A DNA stretch of 63,480 bases, filler included, from Octopus bimaculoides (Eukaryota): NCBI RefSeq assembly GCF_001194135.2. It is 7 parts of 5 records of this genome, joined end to end, with 100 filler letters (N's around TTAATTAATTAA, not from the genome) between each part and the next. Parts side by side here need not be neighbours in the genome. Positions count along the whole stretch, not along the records: positions 1 to 28,895 come from NC_068990.1; 6 more parts are not named here. One strand, written 5' to 3'. The notes beneath the pieces were generated by a model. It made no database searches. It saw only the letters and a program-made list of their open reading frames with translations, and had not been told where the DNA came from. Made by a program: the position numbers and the translations under genes. Each line of letters starts with the position of its first letter. Positions within the stretch are counted from its first letter, which is position 1. This document shows, piece after piece, positions 12,722-24,759 of the stretch.

Positions 12722-14487
12722 NNNNNNNNNNNNNNNNNNNNNNNNNNNNNNNNNNNNNNNNNNNNNNNNNNNNNNNNNNNNNNNNNNNNNNNNNNNNNNN
12801 NNNNNNNNNNNNNNNNNNNNNNNNNNNNNNNNNNNNNNNNNNNNNNNNNNNNNNNNNNNNNNNNNNNNNNNNNNNNNNNNNNNNNNNNNNNNNNNNNNNN
12901 NNNNNNNNNNNNNNNNNNNNNNNNNNNNNNNNNNNNNNNNNNNNNNNNNNNNNNNNNNNNNNNNNNNNNNNNNNNNNNNNNNNNNNNNNNNNNNNNNNNN
13001 NNNNNNNNNNNNNNNNNNNNNNNNNNNNNNNNNNNNNNNNNNNNNNNNNNNNNNNNNNNNNNNNNNNNNNNNNNNNNNNNNNNNNNNNNNNNNNNNNNNN
13101 NNNNNNNNNNNNNNNNNNNNNNNNNNNNNNNNNNNNNNNNNNNNNNNNNNNNNNNNNNNNNNNNNNNNNNNNNNNNNNNNNNNNNNNNNNNNNNNNNNNN
13201 NNNNNNNNNNNNNNNNNNNNNNNNNNNNNNNNNNNNNNNNNNNNNNNNNNNNNNNNNNNNNNNNNNNNNNNNNNNNNNNNNNNNNNNNNNNNNNNNNNNN
13301 NNNNNNNNNNNNNNNNNNNNNNNNNNNNNNNNNNNNNNNNNNNNNNNNNNNNNNNNNNNNNNNNNNNNNNNNNNNNNNNNNNNNNNNNNNNNNNNNNNNN
13401 NNNNNNNNNNNNNNNNNNNNNNNNNNNNNNNNNNNNNNNNNNNNNNNNNNNNNNNNNNNNNNNNNNNNNNNNNNNNNNNNNNNNNNNNNNNNNNNNNNNN
13501 NNNNNNNNNNNNNNNNNNNNNNNNNNNNNNNNNNNNNNNNNNNNNNNNNNNNNNNNNNNNNNNNNNNNNNNNNNNNNNNNNNNNNNNNNNNNNNNNNNNN
13601 NNNNNNNNNNNNNNNNNNNNNNNNNNNNNNNNNNNNNNNNNNNNNNNNNNNNNNNNNNNNNNNNAATTGGTCCTTTGCCACCAGCACAAGATTATCTATA
13701 TTTGTTGACCTGCATTGATCATTTTTCAGGATGGCCTGAAGCCATTCTTATCAAGGATATCTCAGCTCTTACAATCGCAAAGGCTGGATGGATCTCGCAG
13801 TTCAGAGTTATTGTCACTACTGATTGTGGTCAACAGTTCAAATCAAATATTTTTGCAGAGCTCTCAAAATTACTAGGTCCGCAACAAATCTGTACCACTG
13901 CTTATCACTCCATGGCTAATGAGATGATAGAGAGATTTCATTGTCAGATAAAATCTGCTTTACGTGTTCATCCCCATTCAGACAAATGGTTGGAAGCATT
14001 ACCGGCTGTTCTCTTAGGTCTTTGGTCTGTTGTTAAGGAAGACCTAGACTTTTCTCTGGCAGAACTCCTCTACAGTGCCCCATTCTGTTTATTTAGCCAG
14101 ATGATCATAACTTCAACTCCTGAACAAATTTCTGATCTGGTTGATTACATACATCGTTTATGGAATTACATAAAAGAATTACCTCCTTTAGTTACTAAAG
14201 CACAGTCTATCAAGTCTTTTGTGCTTCCTGATATATGTTCATGGACTCATGTTTTTATTTACAACAATCTTGTTAAACAACCTCTTCAAGCTTCTAACAG
14301 TGGTCCTTACCAACTTCTTAAAGTAAAATCTAAATTTATGGTATTAGATGTTAAATGGCAAACAACAAACTGTGAGTATTGATCACATTAAACAAACATT
14401 TATTAATTCATCTACATAACAAGAGTTTACTCCAACTACAAACACGACGCTTACAGATTCTGCACTTTCAACTACATCACCTTGAAC

Positions 14488-14897
14488 TGCTATGAGCAAT
14501 TTTGGATCTTTGATGCAAGTGCAGTTTGATTTCCTTATGCAGCTTCAGCTTGAACAGAATTGTAACCAGAATCCTTGACGCTATGTTTAGTGTCTTACCA
14601 ACATTTTAAACAGAACTGTAACAAGAATTTTTGATGCTTTGCTTCAAATTTTTCTAACCTTCTATCTTCCATTTTTATGAACATTGGAACCTATACATCT
14701 ATACAATGTATTGACAATTATTAATGTCCTACCAGTTTGCTGTATATAATTTTAGCAACAGTAATAAATGTTTCAGTGCAGTCAACTCTAACTTGCCTTT
14801 GCATATGTTTATTGATATCTACCCTGACTTCATTTAACAGAAGACATAAAACTATCAGACCTTAAACCACATTTTATACAACAACCATCATTGCTAA
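14488..14897 (+). repeat. 3' LTR remnant
   Basis: Diverged copy of 7680-8027 with small insertions, ~100 bp after the integrase. No clear polypurine tract seen. Confidence 0.7.
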
Positions 14898-15182
14898 AAT
14901 GATATCACTGCCATCAATTTTCAAATAACTTGCTCAATGATCTTTTAGTCATTTACTTATCTTACTGGCAGACATAAGCAGAAATACTAATTACTTAGGC
15001 TAATATGGCTATTTCAGTTACTGCACCTACTCACTTGAAATATACCTACATCACACATCCCAGAACTCTTATCTATAAAGAAGAATTTGTAATAAGGTTC
15101 TTTATCTTCAAAGAGTCTGACTGAATTGAAGCATCTCTAAATATCAGCTGTCAGTAACAAAAAGAAAAAAAAACAAACTTAC

Positions 15183-15265
15183 TTTTTAAGTTGAGAATAA
15201 ACAAACGGAAGGTATTTAAGTTTCTTTGTAGCAGCTTTTTTTGATTGGTTTAACTCTCTATCTTC
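15183..15265 (-). CDS. IWS1: IWS1 exon (83 nt), EDRELNQSKKAATKKLKYLPFVYSQLK
   Basis: ccttttag|GAA...AA|gtaagt. Not in the ORF track. Start of the TFIIS-N-like domain. Confidence 0.93.
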
Positions 15266-18200
15266 CTAAAAGGAAAGCCAAAAATTATTTTAGTTGAAAA
15301 GATTAACATGTGCATTCTACATGCATTGTTACCATAAAAGCAGTAAGCTATCAGTTATCCAAATCAGCCAGTTTCATTCTTGATAGAAACATTCCATTTT
15401 ATTTCCTTTACATCTTGTCCCAGTATTTTCTAGTAGTAGTCAATACTTTAAAGAGTGCAATTACTTCGTACACAACACAAAAGACAAAATGGACTTTCTG
15501 GCAACAGTGAATACTTTGAAGAGAGCTTCATTCAGCTGACTTTTACATAATACAATGATGAGACTGGTTTCATGCATTTCACAATTTTTTTTCTGTATTT
15601 ACTGTCATGCTATTCAAGAGTGGATTTTTTAATTTACTTTATCACACACCAGTTAATAAGATCTGCTACTTCCCTCATAACTAATCCTCATAGGATAAAA
15701 ACAGAGTGTTCTTTTTATGCTAGGCTTATGAAGAAAACTTTGCAAGTAATAGATTTCCAGGGCACCAAGAATGAAAGGATGGTTTTTCACATTTAGATAT
15801 TTGAATATTGCTTGAAGAGTTATTTTTACAGTTCATATGCTTCCTGCCACAGAACCACAGAATAGGAGTGAAGTCTACTATTAGCAAGGCAAATTAAGGT
15901 TAACAGTTTTGTGCCTTGGTTAGAACAGTATAATGGCAGTAATGAGGTCTAAATTCAAAACCATGGAGGAGTGGGATTAGTAACTCAAAAACATAAGTCA
16001 CAAATTATCTTAGATAAATAAAAATACAATAAAATGAAATAAAACCTATTTTATTTGAAAATATTTCCAAACATTCTTTTGTTTAGAATATTGCAATGGA
16101 AGTGCACTGAAATTGAGTATCATCAAATTATATTTACTAAATTTTATTTAAATGTTGAAATTCTTTTTCAAACAAATTAGTCATTATACAGAAATTGGCC
16201 TGCATGTTTACTGTCATATTTAACACAAAACCTTGCGTTATTTTTAAGTTGTGAAATTGACTTTAATTTATGAAAGATAAATGATGAGCTTCTCTATAAA
16301 AGATATCAATAAAGCAAGAAGTGGAGGATCCTACAGGCAGAAAGACAGACAATCAGACACCAGAGAAAGAAAAATGAGAATATGACAAAAATCAAACTGT
16401 ACCTCAGCAGCTAACTTCATTTTCTGTACCATATCAGCAATAAGGTCATCATTATCATTAATGATGTCAATATCTTTCCGCCTGCGACGATTCCCTTGTC
16501 GTTCAGCTTTCTTCTTTTCTAGCATGATATCGAAATCAGATACAAAATCCCTGGTCAAAGAGTAAGAGGAAGAGTTTTAAAATTTTTAATGAACTAAAAG
16601 TTGATATATGCATTTAAGTAAGAACAAATATGACATATAATAAGAGAATATACTAAAAATGTCGATGTATACTATATAATAATGTATCAATAATCTGTCT
16701 ACCGCCAAGGATCATGCAATTATTCCTGATCACTAAGCTGCAAATATATTTATTTTTATATATCTTTACCTTTATGAAAGTCCTCAAGAATCAAAAATTG
16801 AATCTCCTCAAAATTTAAACCTTGATATAAACACTGAATGTCTGTCTATTTTTGAGAGAGAATGACTATGACTCTCTCAATTCTACTAACACTTCTTTTC
16901 CAACACATTGTCAAACATTAGGTTGCTACCACCACCATCATCATCATCATTTTAATTTTTTCATGCTTGCATTGGTAAGAAGGAATATAGTTGGAAACAG
17001 ATAAATTGTGTGTATCCGCACATTTATATTAATATACCTAATAAGAAATCATTCTATCAGTGCCTAGTTTTTCATTTGTGCCCTTAAGTCTACCATGTAT
17101 GGTTTTAGCGCCTTAATATCACAGTACACCTTTAAAAGGCATATTGTGATATTTCAGATTGGTATTTCCAGTTGCATGTAATGCCATAAAGTAGTTGCCT
17201 TGAATATAGATTCACTTGTCATGATCTGTTAATAAATTAGCATGAGGTCTTCATTATTGGGCACTTCATTATTGGCCATGGTGCTTCTTGCACAAATTAA
17301 TTTTACAATTAGTGAACAATAATCCAGCAATTTAATTCTATTAAGTCAGTGGGGAATGTTTTACAATACTGGATTAAATTGAAAATGTTGTCAAAAACAG
17401 CTTGACAGCACTTTAATTTAATTCAGTATCATAAAACATTCCCTGCTGACTTAACAGAATTAAGTTGATGGATTATATGTTCACTAATCATACAATTAAT
17501 TTGTGCAAGGAGTACCATTTTTAGAGTTAACCTTCTGTTAGTGCACCAATAATGAAGACATCATGCTAATTTACTAACAGATCATGACAAGTGAATTCAT
17601 ATTCATGGCAACTACTTTATGGCATTGCATGCAACTGGAAATACCAATCTGAAAATGTTAGCCAATATAGACTGGTATTGCTTATCTTCTCTTGGTGTAA
17701 TGTTATTAAATCTGGAGCTAAAAAAAAGCATTATGACATCTTATGACATCTGAAGACAATTATATCAGAGATATGCAATGATCAAAGAGGGAAGCGAAGT
17801 GGCTGAGAAATAGTTAAAATAATGTTTTGCATATCTTTCAACATTATTATGAGCTTAGAGATCCGTTTTTCACCAGGTATTTTAGAAATTCTCTCACTTT
17901 TCAAACACTTCTTCAATCATAATACCTCTAGTTATATACTTTAATCTTCTTCATTATAACTCTTAGATATTATTTTAATTTTATCATTATTGTGTAAAGC
18001 TGGATATATGAGTAATCAAATGTAGCACTGCAAGAAAAAAATTGTACTGATTTGGGCATTTGATGTGCATAGAAAATGACAGCTGTAAATGAAAGAGTCT
18101 TGTACTCACAGTAAATAGCACCTCTGGAAGAAGAGACTGAAGGGAAAATTAGGACTCAAGATGTATCTCACAAAAGAGGTGGCAAAACATGTTAAATGGA

Positions 18201-21200
18201 GGAACTGGTGGAAGCTGGGGTATATGCAGTCAGGTCTCTAACTTACATTGTCACCTACAAAGTTTCTGTATGCTTCCCATTCAATACTCTCACACCTCTC
18301 TCCAAAATATTGCACCATAACACCAAATACAGTTTCTTACTGCCAACCATTTCTATGTCTATCCATCACTTGCCCACTCTCTCTCTCTCTCTCTCTCTCA
18401 CTAGCAAACAAGCAACTACCACTAATGTGTTTTTCTCTCATAATAACACCTGAATAATGAGGTTTTGCATTGGATCTATCAGTATACTCTGCACTACCCC
18501 TTTTGTGCTACTCAGAATCCCTCCCTCTTCCTCAAACCACCCTATTATTCGACATCCATCACATATGCTCTTTCTTATAAGATAACATTACTACCTCTTC
18601 TATACAGGTAGCTGCCACTTCCTCTCTCCTAGATGACTTATTATTGACATCCATTACACATTCCTAACATTTCTGACACTTGCACTTTCTCACACCTGTA
18701 AATATGTAGCTGCTATTATTGCTGCTACCTTATTATGGCATCACTGGCTCTCATTATACCATGCCTTTGTCTCTCTTCATCATTCCTCTAGCACTGTCTC
18801 CTATTTCTACCTCCCCTTCCACACTATTACTTCAATCATTCTATTCCTCATTTCATAAACTCTCTTCTTTCTCCTTTTCATCCTATTTCAGTTTTTACTA
18901 TCACCCTCTCTCCTGCCCACTCTCTTAGTTCTGTTGCCCTGAGCAAATGGAGAACTACAGCAGCAAGGACCCCCTTTTTGTCTTGCAAGGTTCAAGGCAA
19001 TCTATCTAGTGCCAGTGTTTCAACAAAATGTACCTGGTACATCCTGTAAAGCAAAGACAGAATAGAGTTGAGAGGATTCTTTAGTCCTATTATGTCAAAG
19101 ACACGGCTGGTTTCATGATAAAATGCACCACTACAGGCTGTAAAGTGGTTGATGTTACAAAGGGCATCCAACCACCAAAGCCATTCTAAAAGAATGTATT
19201 ACAAGTGAGATAAGGGAGAGGTACTGTCTTCCTAATTTTGGTCCCTTGACCAAAACTAGGAGGGTTGTAAGAAGTAACTTGAAGTAAGAACAAATTAAGA
19301 CCTTGGTAACCACCTATTCAATCCATGCCCGTATCCAAAGTGGAAGTAAAAAAAAAATGTTGATAATTATTTCATGTGATTTTTATAAATCTGAAAATTC
19401 TGAGACACGCTCAGGTCAAGAAACATTGCATTAATTTAAGCCAGCCATCTCTCTAGTGTGATATCAGTACACAGCATTAAAATTGCACTTCCTCGTACCA
19501 ATAATATCAATGCCTGAAAATTAAGGCTTTTCACTTTATTTTTTAAATAAATACTTACTCTCTTTGTGAATCTCGAACAATTTCTTCATTTTCATCATCT
19601 GATACCAGAGGAAGAACTTCATTATTGTCATCATTCAAATCAGTCTTTTGTTGATCATCATCGTCATCGTCATCATCATCATCATTACCATCATCATCAT
19701 TATCAGCTTTCTTTTCCTTCCTCTTGGGAACAGCTTCTACATCAGCCTCACCAAAACCCTTGTGAACAAGAGATGAATACAAATAAAATTGTATTTCAAA
19801 AAGAAATAGAAAATGTTTTAAAATGATATCTAACACACATGAGATATTTATTGATGTGAAATTAATTCTGATGACTTCAGATGTAATGGCAAACTCTGAT
19901 TAATGCAATTTTCAAAGGAATTAAAACAAATGTGAAATAATTCTAATCAGGATCATGGAGTTAACTCAGTAGTCTTCACTATAGTTCAGATGACAGAAAT
20001 CCCTGATTACAATATATTGTGTATAATTAAAAACCAGTGCACAAGTGTCATCAAAATTTATGACGGCTTTATTAATTATGAAAAATGCTTTTCAGTAAGA
20101 AAAACATCGTTTCTTTTATAACAATCTTTACTGCAAATACATTATGTAGTTTATTTTCAGTATGTAAAAGAAAAGGTACAATTGAAGACAAAAACTACTT
20201 AGTGTTTCTTTTAAAATAAATGCGTGTGTATAAGGTTAAGAACTTTCAGGTTGGATTTCACTGTGTAACATCTTAGACTAAGTACCCTCTTCTATAATCT
20301 TGGGTTGACCAATAAGTTGTGAGTGTAATTTAGTAGACAGAAACTGTATGAATGCCCATAATACATGGGAAAGATGAGTGAGTAAGTGTGTATTGCACTT
20401 GGTTTGACATGAGCATGACTGCAAACAAAAGTCATCATTCATTAGAGGAGTATCAACAATATTTGTTTGTAACTTTGTTGATTTTTTTACATGCAGATTT
20501 GAAATTTTGTCAGCAGGTGTTTAAATACCAATGATTTACAATTATGAATTTTTACCTTTCTTTTGTTTGTTTCTTAAATTTGACATCAATGGACAGGTGG
20601 AAATAATCAAACAGGTGTGGAAGCAATGACTTCATAGACAAACACTAAAATTGAACCACTGTGTTTTAACAGCTGTTTTGCTGCTAAAATTATTGAACAA
20701 TGACCCATATGTCAACCTCTAACAATTACACCACTTTTCAAGAACAGGTGAATAAATATGAATTAGTCAAATTGCAGGTATAATCAGCACAGGATTTTAT
20801 TCTTTTTTTGTCATTGAAAAGCAAGTATAAAATCCTTTTACAAGTCAATATACTATTGGCATTGTACTCTAACACATTTTACTATGTAGATTTACTTAAC
20901 AAAATGTGTCCAGTAAAAAATACATATTAATAGGTGAGACACAGATGAATACAGAAATGCACATACTGAAAATTATTATATATTTCCATTTCTGCACATT
21001 ATTTGTGTTCAAATTCAAAGAATTTATAATATTTGCATTTCTGTCAAACTACAATACAATAAAATATATTTATGCTATATTCTTATCATGAAAGTGTCCA
21101 AAGCTCCCTTTATACAATGGCACTTAAGTTGATCCCTTCAGCAGCTTTTCTCTTGTGCAATGAACACATTCAGCACATTTTTTTCCTATCACTTATTTTT

Positions 21201-22797
21201 CAGTTATGAAAATCAATATTCTCTGTTTATATCCACATCAGTTAATTTTGCTTTTCTCACAGCTCTTTTTGAAGCCTGTCTTTAAAAGACGTTCATTTTA
21301 AAAACACTCTAATAAAGAAGAGTATTATCAATTTCTTTAGGCCATCATGTTTTGCAACACGGATTCAGTTTGTGTGTGCATACGCCTCTTAGTCTTAGCT
21401 CCTCTTGCTTACCATGGAGCACTGGGCAACAAGATCTCCATAGAGCATGGTTGCAAGCCCATCCAAAGCTTGCTCCCAGGCCAAGCCTATGCCTGCCAAA
21501 TCTTGCTCCAGAGTTATCAACCACCCTCACTCTAAAGTAAATTATAACACCCTCACTCTAAAATAAATCCATACTAATGAAAAACAACTATTCTTAAGCA
21601 AAGCTATTCTTAGCTTCGAAGTAGCTAAATCTAGACCTGATATTTCTCAATTCAGAGTAAAAAAAAATTAAAATGTCAATGGAAATTAAACAAACAGGCC
21701 AAAGTGATCTACTTATTGCAGACAATTTTTTAAACATAACTTTCCCTTTGAAAACGACCTGAGAGTATTTCTGAACAGTAAAATTGTTGAAAAACTATCA
21801 ATGAACAAAACTTAGATTTGTCTGCTATATAAGAAATTGCCATATATTTTAACTCAAACCTCAATCCTCTCCATCAAATCATAGAAACATTATTCATTTA
21901 GAATACATGTTTGTACCAATAAGCCCAAATTAAAAACATTTATTCTCACTAATATAAACTTTTAAGCACCCAACAATTAAAATATATTCAAAAGTCATTT
22001 AAGATCATTAACATTCAATGATCATAAGTTACTATAATGTGGCATCACACTCAATATAGATCTAAATTACTAGTGACATAAAGTAATACCTCAAACTCTT
22101 CATCTTCATCACTCGAGCCAAAAATATCAGCAATGAGTTTCTCACCAGTCCTGCAAGATAGAAGAGAGTGTGTGTATGTGTGTGTACACACACACATGCA
22201 CACACAAACACAAAAGAAATACATGCAAACAAGTGTATGTATGTGCAAGTGTGTGCATGCATATACAGTCAGAATCATTTTGATATCTTGTGTTCTTGGT
22301 TAAGATAATTAAATTGGTTTCTTATGACATTAGCAATTGTTGGCATTCCGTCGCTTACAACGTCGAGGGTTCCAGTTGATCCGATCAACGGCACAGCCTG
22401 CTTGTGAAATTAACGTGCAAGTGGCTGAGCACTCCACAGACACGCGTACCTTTAACGTAGTTCTCGGGGATATTCAGCGTGACACAGTGTGACAAGGCTG
22501 ACCCTTTGAATTACAGGCACAACAGAAATAGGAAGTAAGAGTGAGAGAAAGTTGTGGTGAAAGAGTACAGCAGGGTTCGCCATCATCCCCTGCCGGAGCC
22601 TCGAGGAGCTTTAGGTGTTTTCGCTCAATAAACACTCACAATGCCCAGTCTGGGAATCGAAACCGCGATTCCGCTGCCCTAACCACTGGGCCATTGCGCC
22701 TCCACGACATTAGCAATATACAGAGATGAAAGATTAGTCAATTATAGTAAAACTTACTCCTTATCACTTTCATCATCTTCATTTTCACTTCCTTTGG
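15183..22797 (-). CDS. IWS1: IWS1 (Spn1) transcription elongation factor homolog, partial; visible coding exons span this interval
   Basis: Spliced translation KGSENEDDESDKETGEKLIADIFGSSDEDEEFEGFGEADVEA...RDSQREDFVSDFDIMLEKKKAERQGNRRRRKDIDIINDNDDLIADMVQKMKLAAEEDRELNQSKKAATKKLKYLPFVYSQLK matches the IWS1 architecture I recall (ADIFG..EEFxGF; SDF.MML..KK; KM..AAEEDR.LN..KK.A.KKL..LP). All four junctions are GT-AG and phase-compatible. Confidence 0.95.
16403..16550 (-). CDS. IWS1: IWS1 exon (148 nt), DFVSDFDIML...KMKLAAE
   Basis: ctttgaccag|G...GAG|gtacag. Confidence 0.95.
17152..17654. repeat. ~500-bp imperfect palindrome (fold-back / MITE-like)
   Basis: tttcagattggtatttccagttgcatg... is the reverse complement of ...catgcaactggaaataccaatctgaaa. 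Arms pair inward to a ~7-nt loop at 17395-17401. Confidence 0.92.
18940..19360 (+). mobile_element. Old RTE-type 3'UTR relic
   Basis: Degenerate gtggttgatgttacaaagggcatccaacc and ccatgcccgtatcc...aaaatgttgat tail. Confidence 0.5.
19559..19758 (-). CDS. IWS1: IWS1 exon (200 nt), GFGE...RDSQR, with poly-Asp (GAT)n
   Basis: ttcacaag|GGT...GA|gtaagt. Confidence 0.93.
20240..20350 (+). mobile_element. Heavily decayed tRNA-derived SINE (family A)
   Basis: Degenerate copy of ...ttgggcaagtgtcttctactatagcctcgggccgaccaaagccttgtgagtggatttggtagacggaaactg, with CpGs lost. Confidence 0.5.
22090..22150 (-). CDS. IWS1: IWS1 exon (61 nt), TGEKLIADIFGSSDEDEEFE
   Basis: tcttgcag|G...GAG|gtatta. Confidence 0.93.
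22338..22705 (-). mobile_element. Full-length tRNA-derived SINE (family C) with 12-bp TSD
   Basis: TSD gacattagcaat at 22326-22337 and 22706-22717; A/B-box-like head (ggcgcaatggcccagtggtta...gtttcgattccc). Confidence 0.92.
22758..22797 (-). CDS. IWS1: IWS1 exon (40 nt), KGSENEDDESDK
   Basis: ttttacattctag|CC...GA|gtaagt. Not in the ORF track. Phase fits the next exon. Confidence 0.85.
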
Positions 22798-23049
22798 CTA
22801 GAATGTAAAAGATAACTGAACTTCAAAAAACTGGCAATATGTAATTAGCAAAGAGTAAAAAGAAATTATTATTTGTTACTGGATATAGCTTGTGCAGAAC
22901 CTTCCAACGTTTTCATCCCTTCCCAACACTTTAATGGTTGTAGTTGTTTAGCCTACTGTCAGCTTTGATTAAGCAAACTTTTGATTAAAAAGCATTTCAG
23001 TCATTACCATCCTGTTTTTATTGCTTTTTCTTTTTTCGCCAGTGTAGCT

Positions 23050-23730
23050 AGGACATTAATCCATTTAGTTGAGCTATGAGTCTTTCTGCAACTTTTCATG
23101 CACTGGTCCAGAAATTTGATATATCTGCAATTACTCTGTCTAAGAAATTTCCTTTACCTTTCTAACATTAAACTATGATGCTGCTACACAAGTCATTAGG
23201 TATGACCTCTTCCTGGACAATTTTATGGGGGACTAGGCCATATTCCACTCTGCAAGATACTTTAAGCATCAGAGTGGTACTTCCTGATGGGCCAGAGGCT
23301 TTACCTATCTTCATATCCTTAATTCCTTTATCTAACATGCAGTTGTTGACTCAGATAGTTGGTCCCTCTGTTGGGTCCACATTAGGAAGACTCTCTTTTC
23401 CAATGCATTTTTCACATTTAGCAGCCTTTCATAGTGACACTTCCATGTCTCTTTCCATTCAGAGTCACTAAGTGCATGTGTACCATCAACCAATCAAAAA
23501 TACTTCTCTTCTACAACATCATCATTTTCTCTAACACACTGTGTTGCAATCTGGAACAAAAGAAAGGCTAAAAAATGGCCCTAGATGGTGTTCGGAAGGG
23601 CATCCAGCTGTAAAAATCCTGCCAAAACAGTCACAGAAGTCTGGTGCAGGCTTTGGCCTGGCAAGCTTTTGTGGTACTGTCCCACCCATACTAGCAGGGA
23701 ACATGGATGTTAAATGATCATGATGAATGA
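23050..23730. mobile_element. RTE fragments (RT piece on minus, 3' tail on plus)
   Basis: Minus KDMKIGKASGPSGST; plus ggaagggcatccagctgtaaaa...gatgttaaatgatcatgatg. Confidence 0.7.
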
Positions 23731-24053
23731 GTGATTAAGAAGATGGATTGGCAGGGTTTTTGCAAGCAGATATGTTAAATTACATATTTAAGAAAAGGAT
23801 AGAAAAATCAGCAACAATCATCTTAAGTTAAATATTTTGTACTTAGCAGTAAGCAAATGAATGACTGAATGAATCAAAGTCTCATATGCAAGAATTTTTA
23901 CAATGAAAAAGGAAGCTAGCAACAGGAGGTGGGTGAGGTGAGAAGCCATCTAACCAGTAGTGGGTTAATATAAAAAGTCTTGCTTAAGACAATAACACAC
24001 CACACTTTTTATACAATAGTAATAAAATGCTTAAAAATATACAAACACTTCAG

Positions 24054-24126
<73 letters not shown>

Positions 24127-24530
24127 AAATAATAAATTCCAAAAGAAGAGAAGCTTAAAAAAAAACCCTAGAAAGGCCAAATAAACCAAGGTCACATATG
24201 CAGGAGTTTTACAACAAAAAAGGGAGTTAGCAGCAGGAAGGAGGAATGTGAGAAGCCATCTAGCTGGCAGTGAGTTTAGAAGTCTTGTTTAGGATGACAG
24301 ATAACACACAACACTTTCTATGCTTAAAATCAATATATATGGCAGTCTCAGCAGCAATAGTGGACAATTATCTCTCACTAGCATTATATAAATGAATGCT
24401 CATGTTCACCACAAGTCCATGAGTGGTTCTCTCACAGTAAATAACACAGTATTTTGTGTTATAATACAACATCCACTTTTAAGTGGGGATAAATATTACC
24501 TTTTGGTATTAATACTGCTTCTGGTGCTAT

Positions 24531-24618
24531 TTCATGGGTTAACCAGGCTATTATTGGTTTCATGTTGAGAGAGATTTTTTGCAACATGAAACCAATGGTT
24601 GTCTGGTTAACCCATGAA
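24531..24618. other. 88-nt hairpin, 37-bp stem
   Basis: ttcatgggttaaccag-gctatt-attggtttcatgttg [14-nt loop] caacatgaaaccaat-ggttgt-ctggttaacccatgaa. Confidence 0.9.
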
Positions 24619-24759
24619 TAAAGAATATTTATCTATCAATGCAGTGTTGAGCACTCGTTCACACTGTTTGATAACAACATGTGTGTGTGTGCATGCGCAT
24701 AATATTACATATTCTATCTACTCTGTCTCATTAAAGTTGGCTTGTAGCCCAAGCTGTTG

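Larger units (their letters stand above)
7680..14897 (+). mobile_element. Degenerate Ty3/Gypsy LTR retrotransposon (gag-PR-RT-RH-IN)
   Basis: gag-like 8700-9400; RT FSKIDLV..Y at ~10110 and LTFLGH at ~10590; RNase H RELL/TDH at 11000-11110; integrase GPLPP...LTCIDHFSGWPEA...TTAYHSMANEMIERFH at 13665-14380; flanking direct repeats; PBS. Confidence 0.9.

Noticed and set aside
15020-15075. Possible next IWS1 exon (tttatag...gtgagt on minus)
   Set aside because: The required phase gives an immediate TAA and no similarity to the expected TFIIS-N-domain sequence.
24500-24530. Weak candidate upstream IWS1 exon (PEAVLIPK, aag|gtaata)
   Set aside because: No pyrimidine tract at the acceptor and no recognisable IWS1 similarity.
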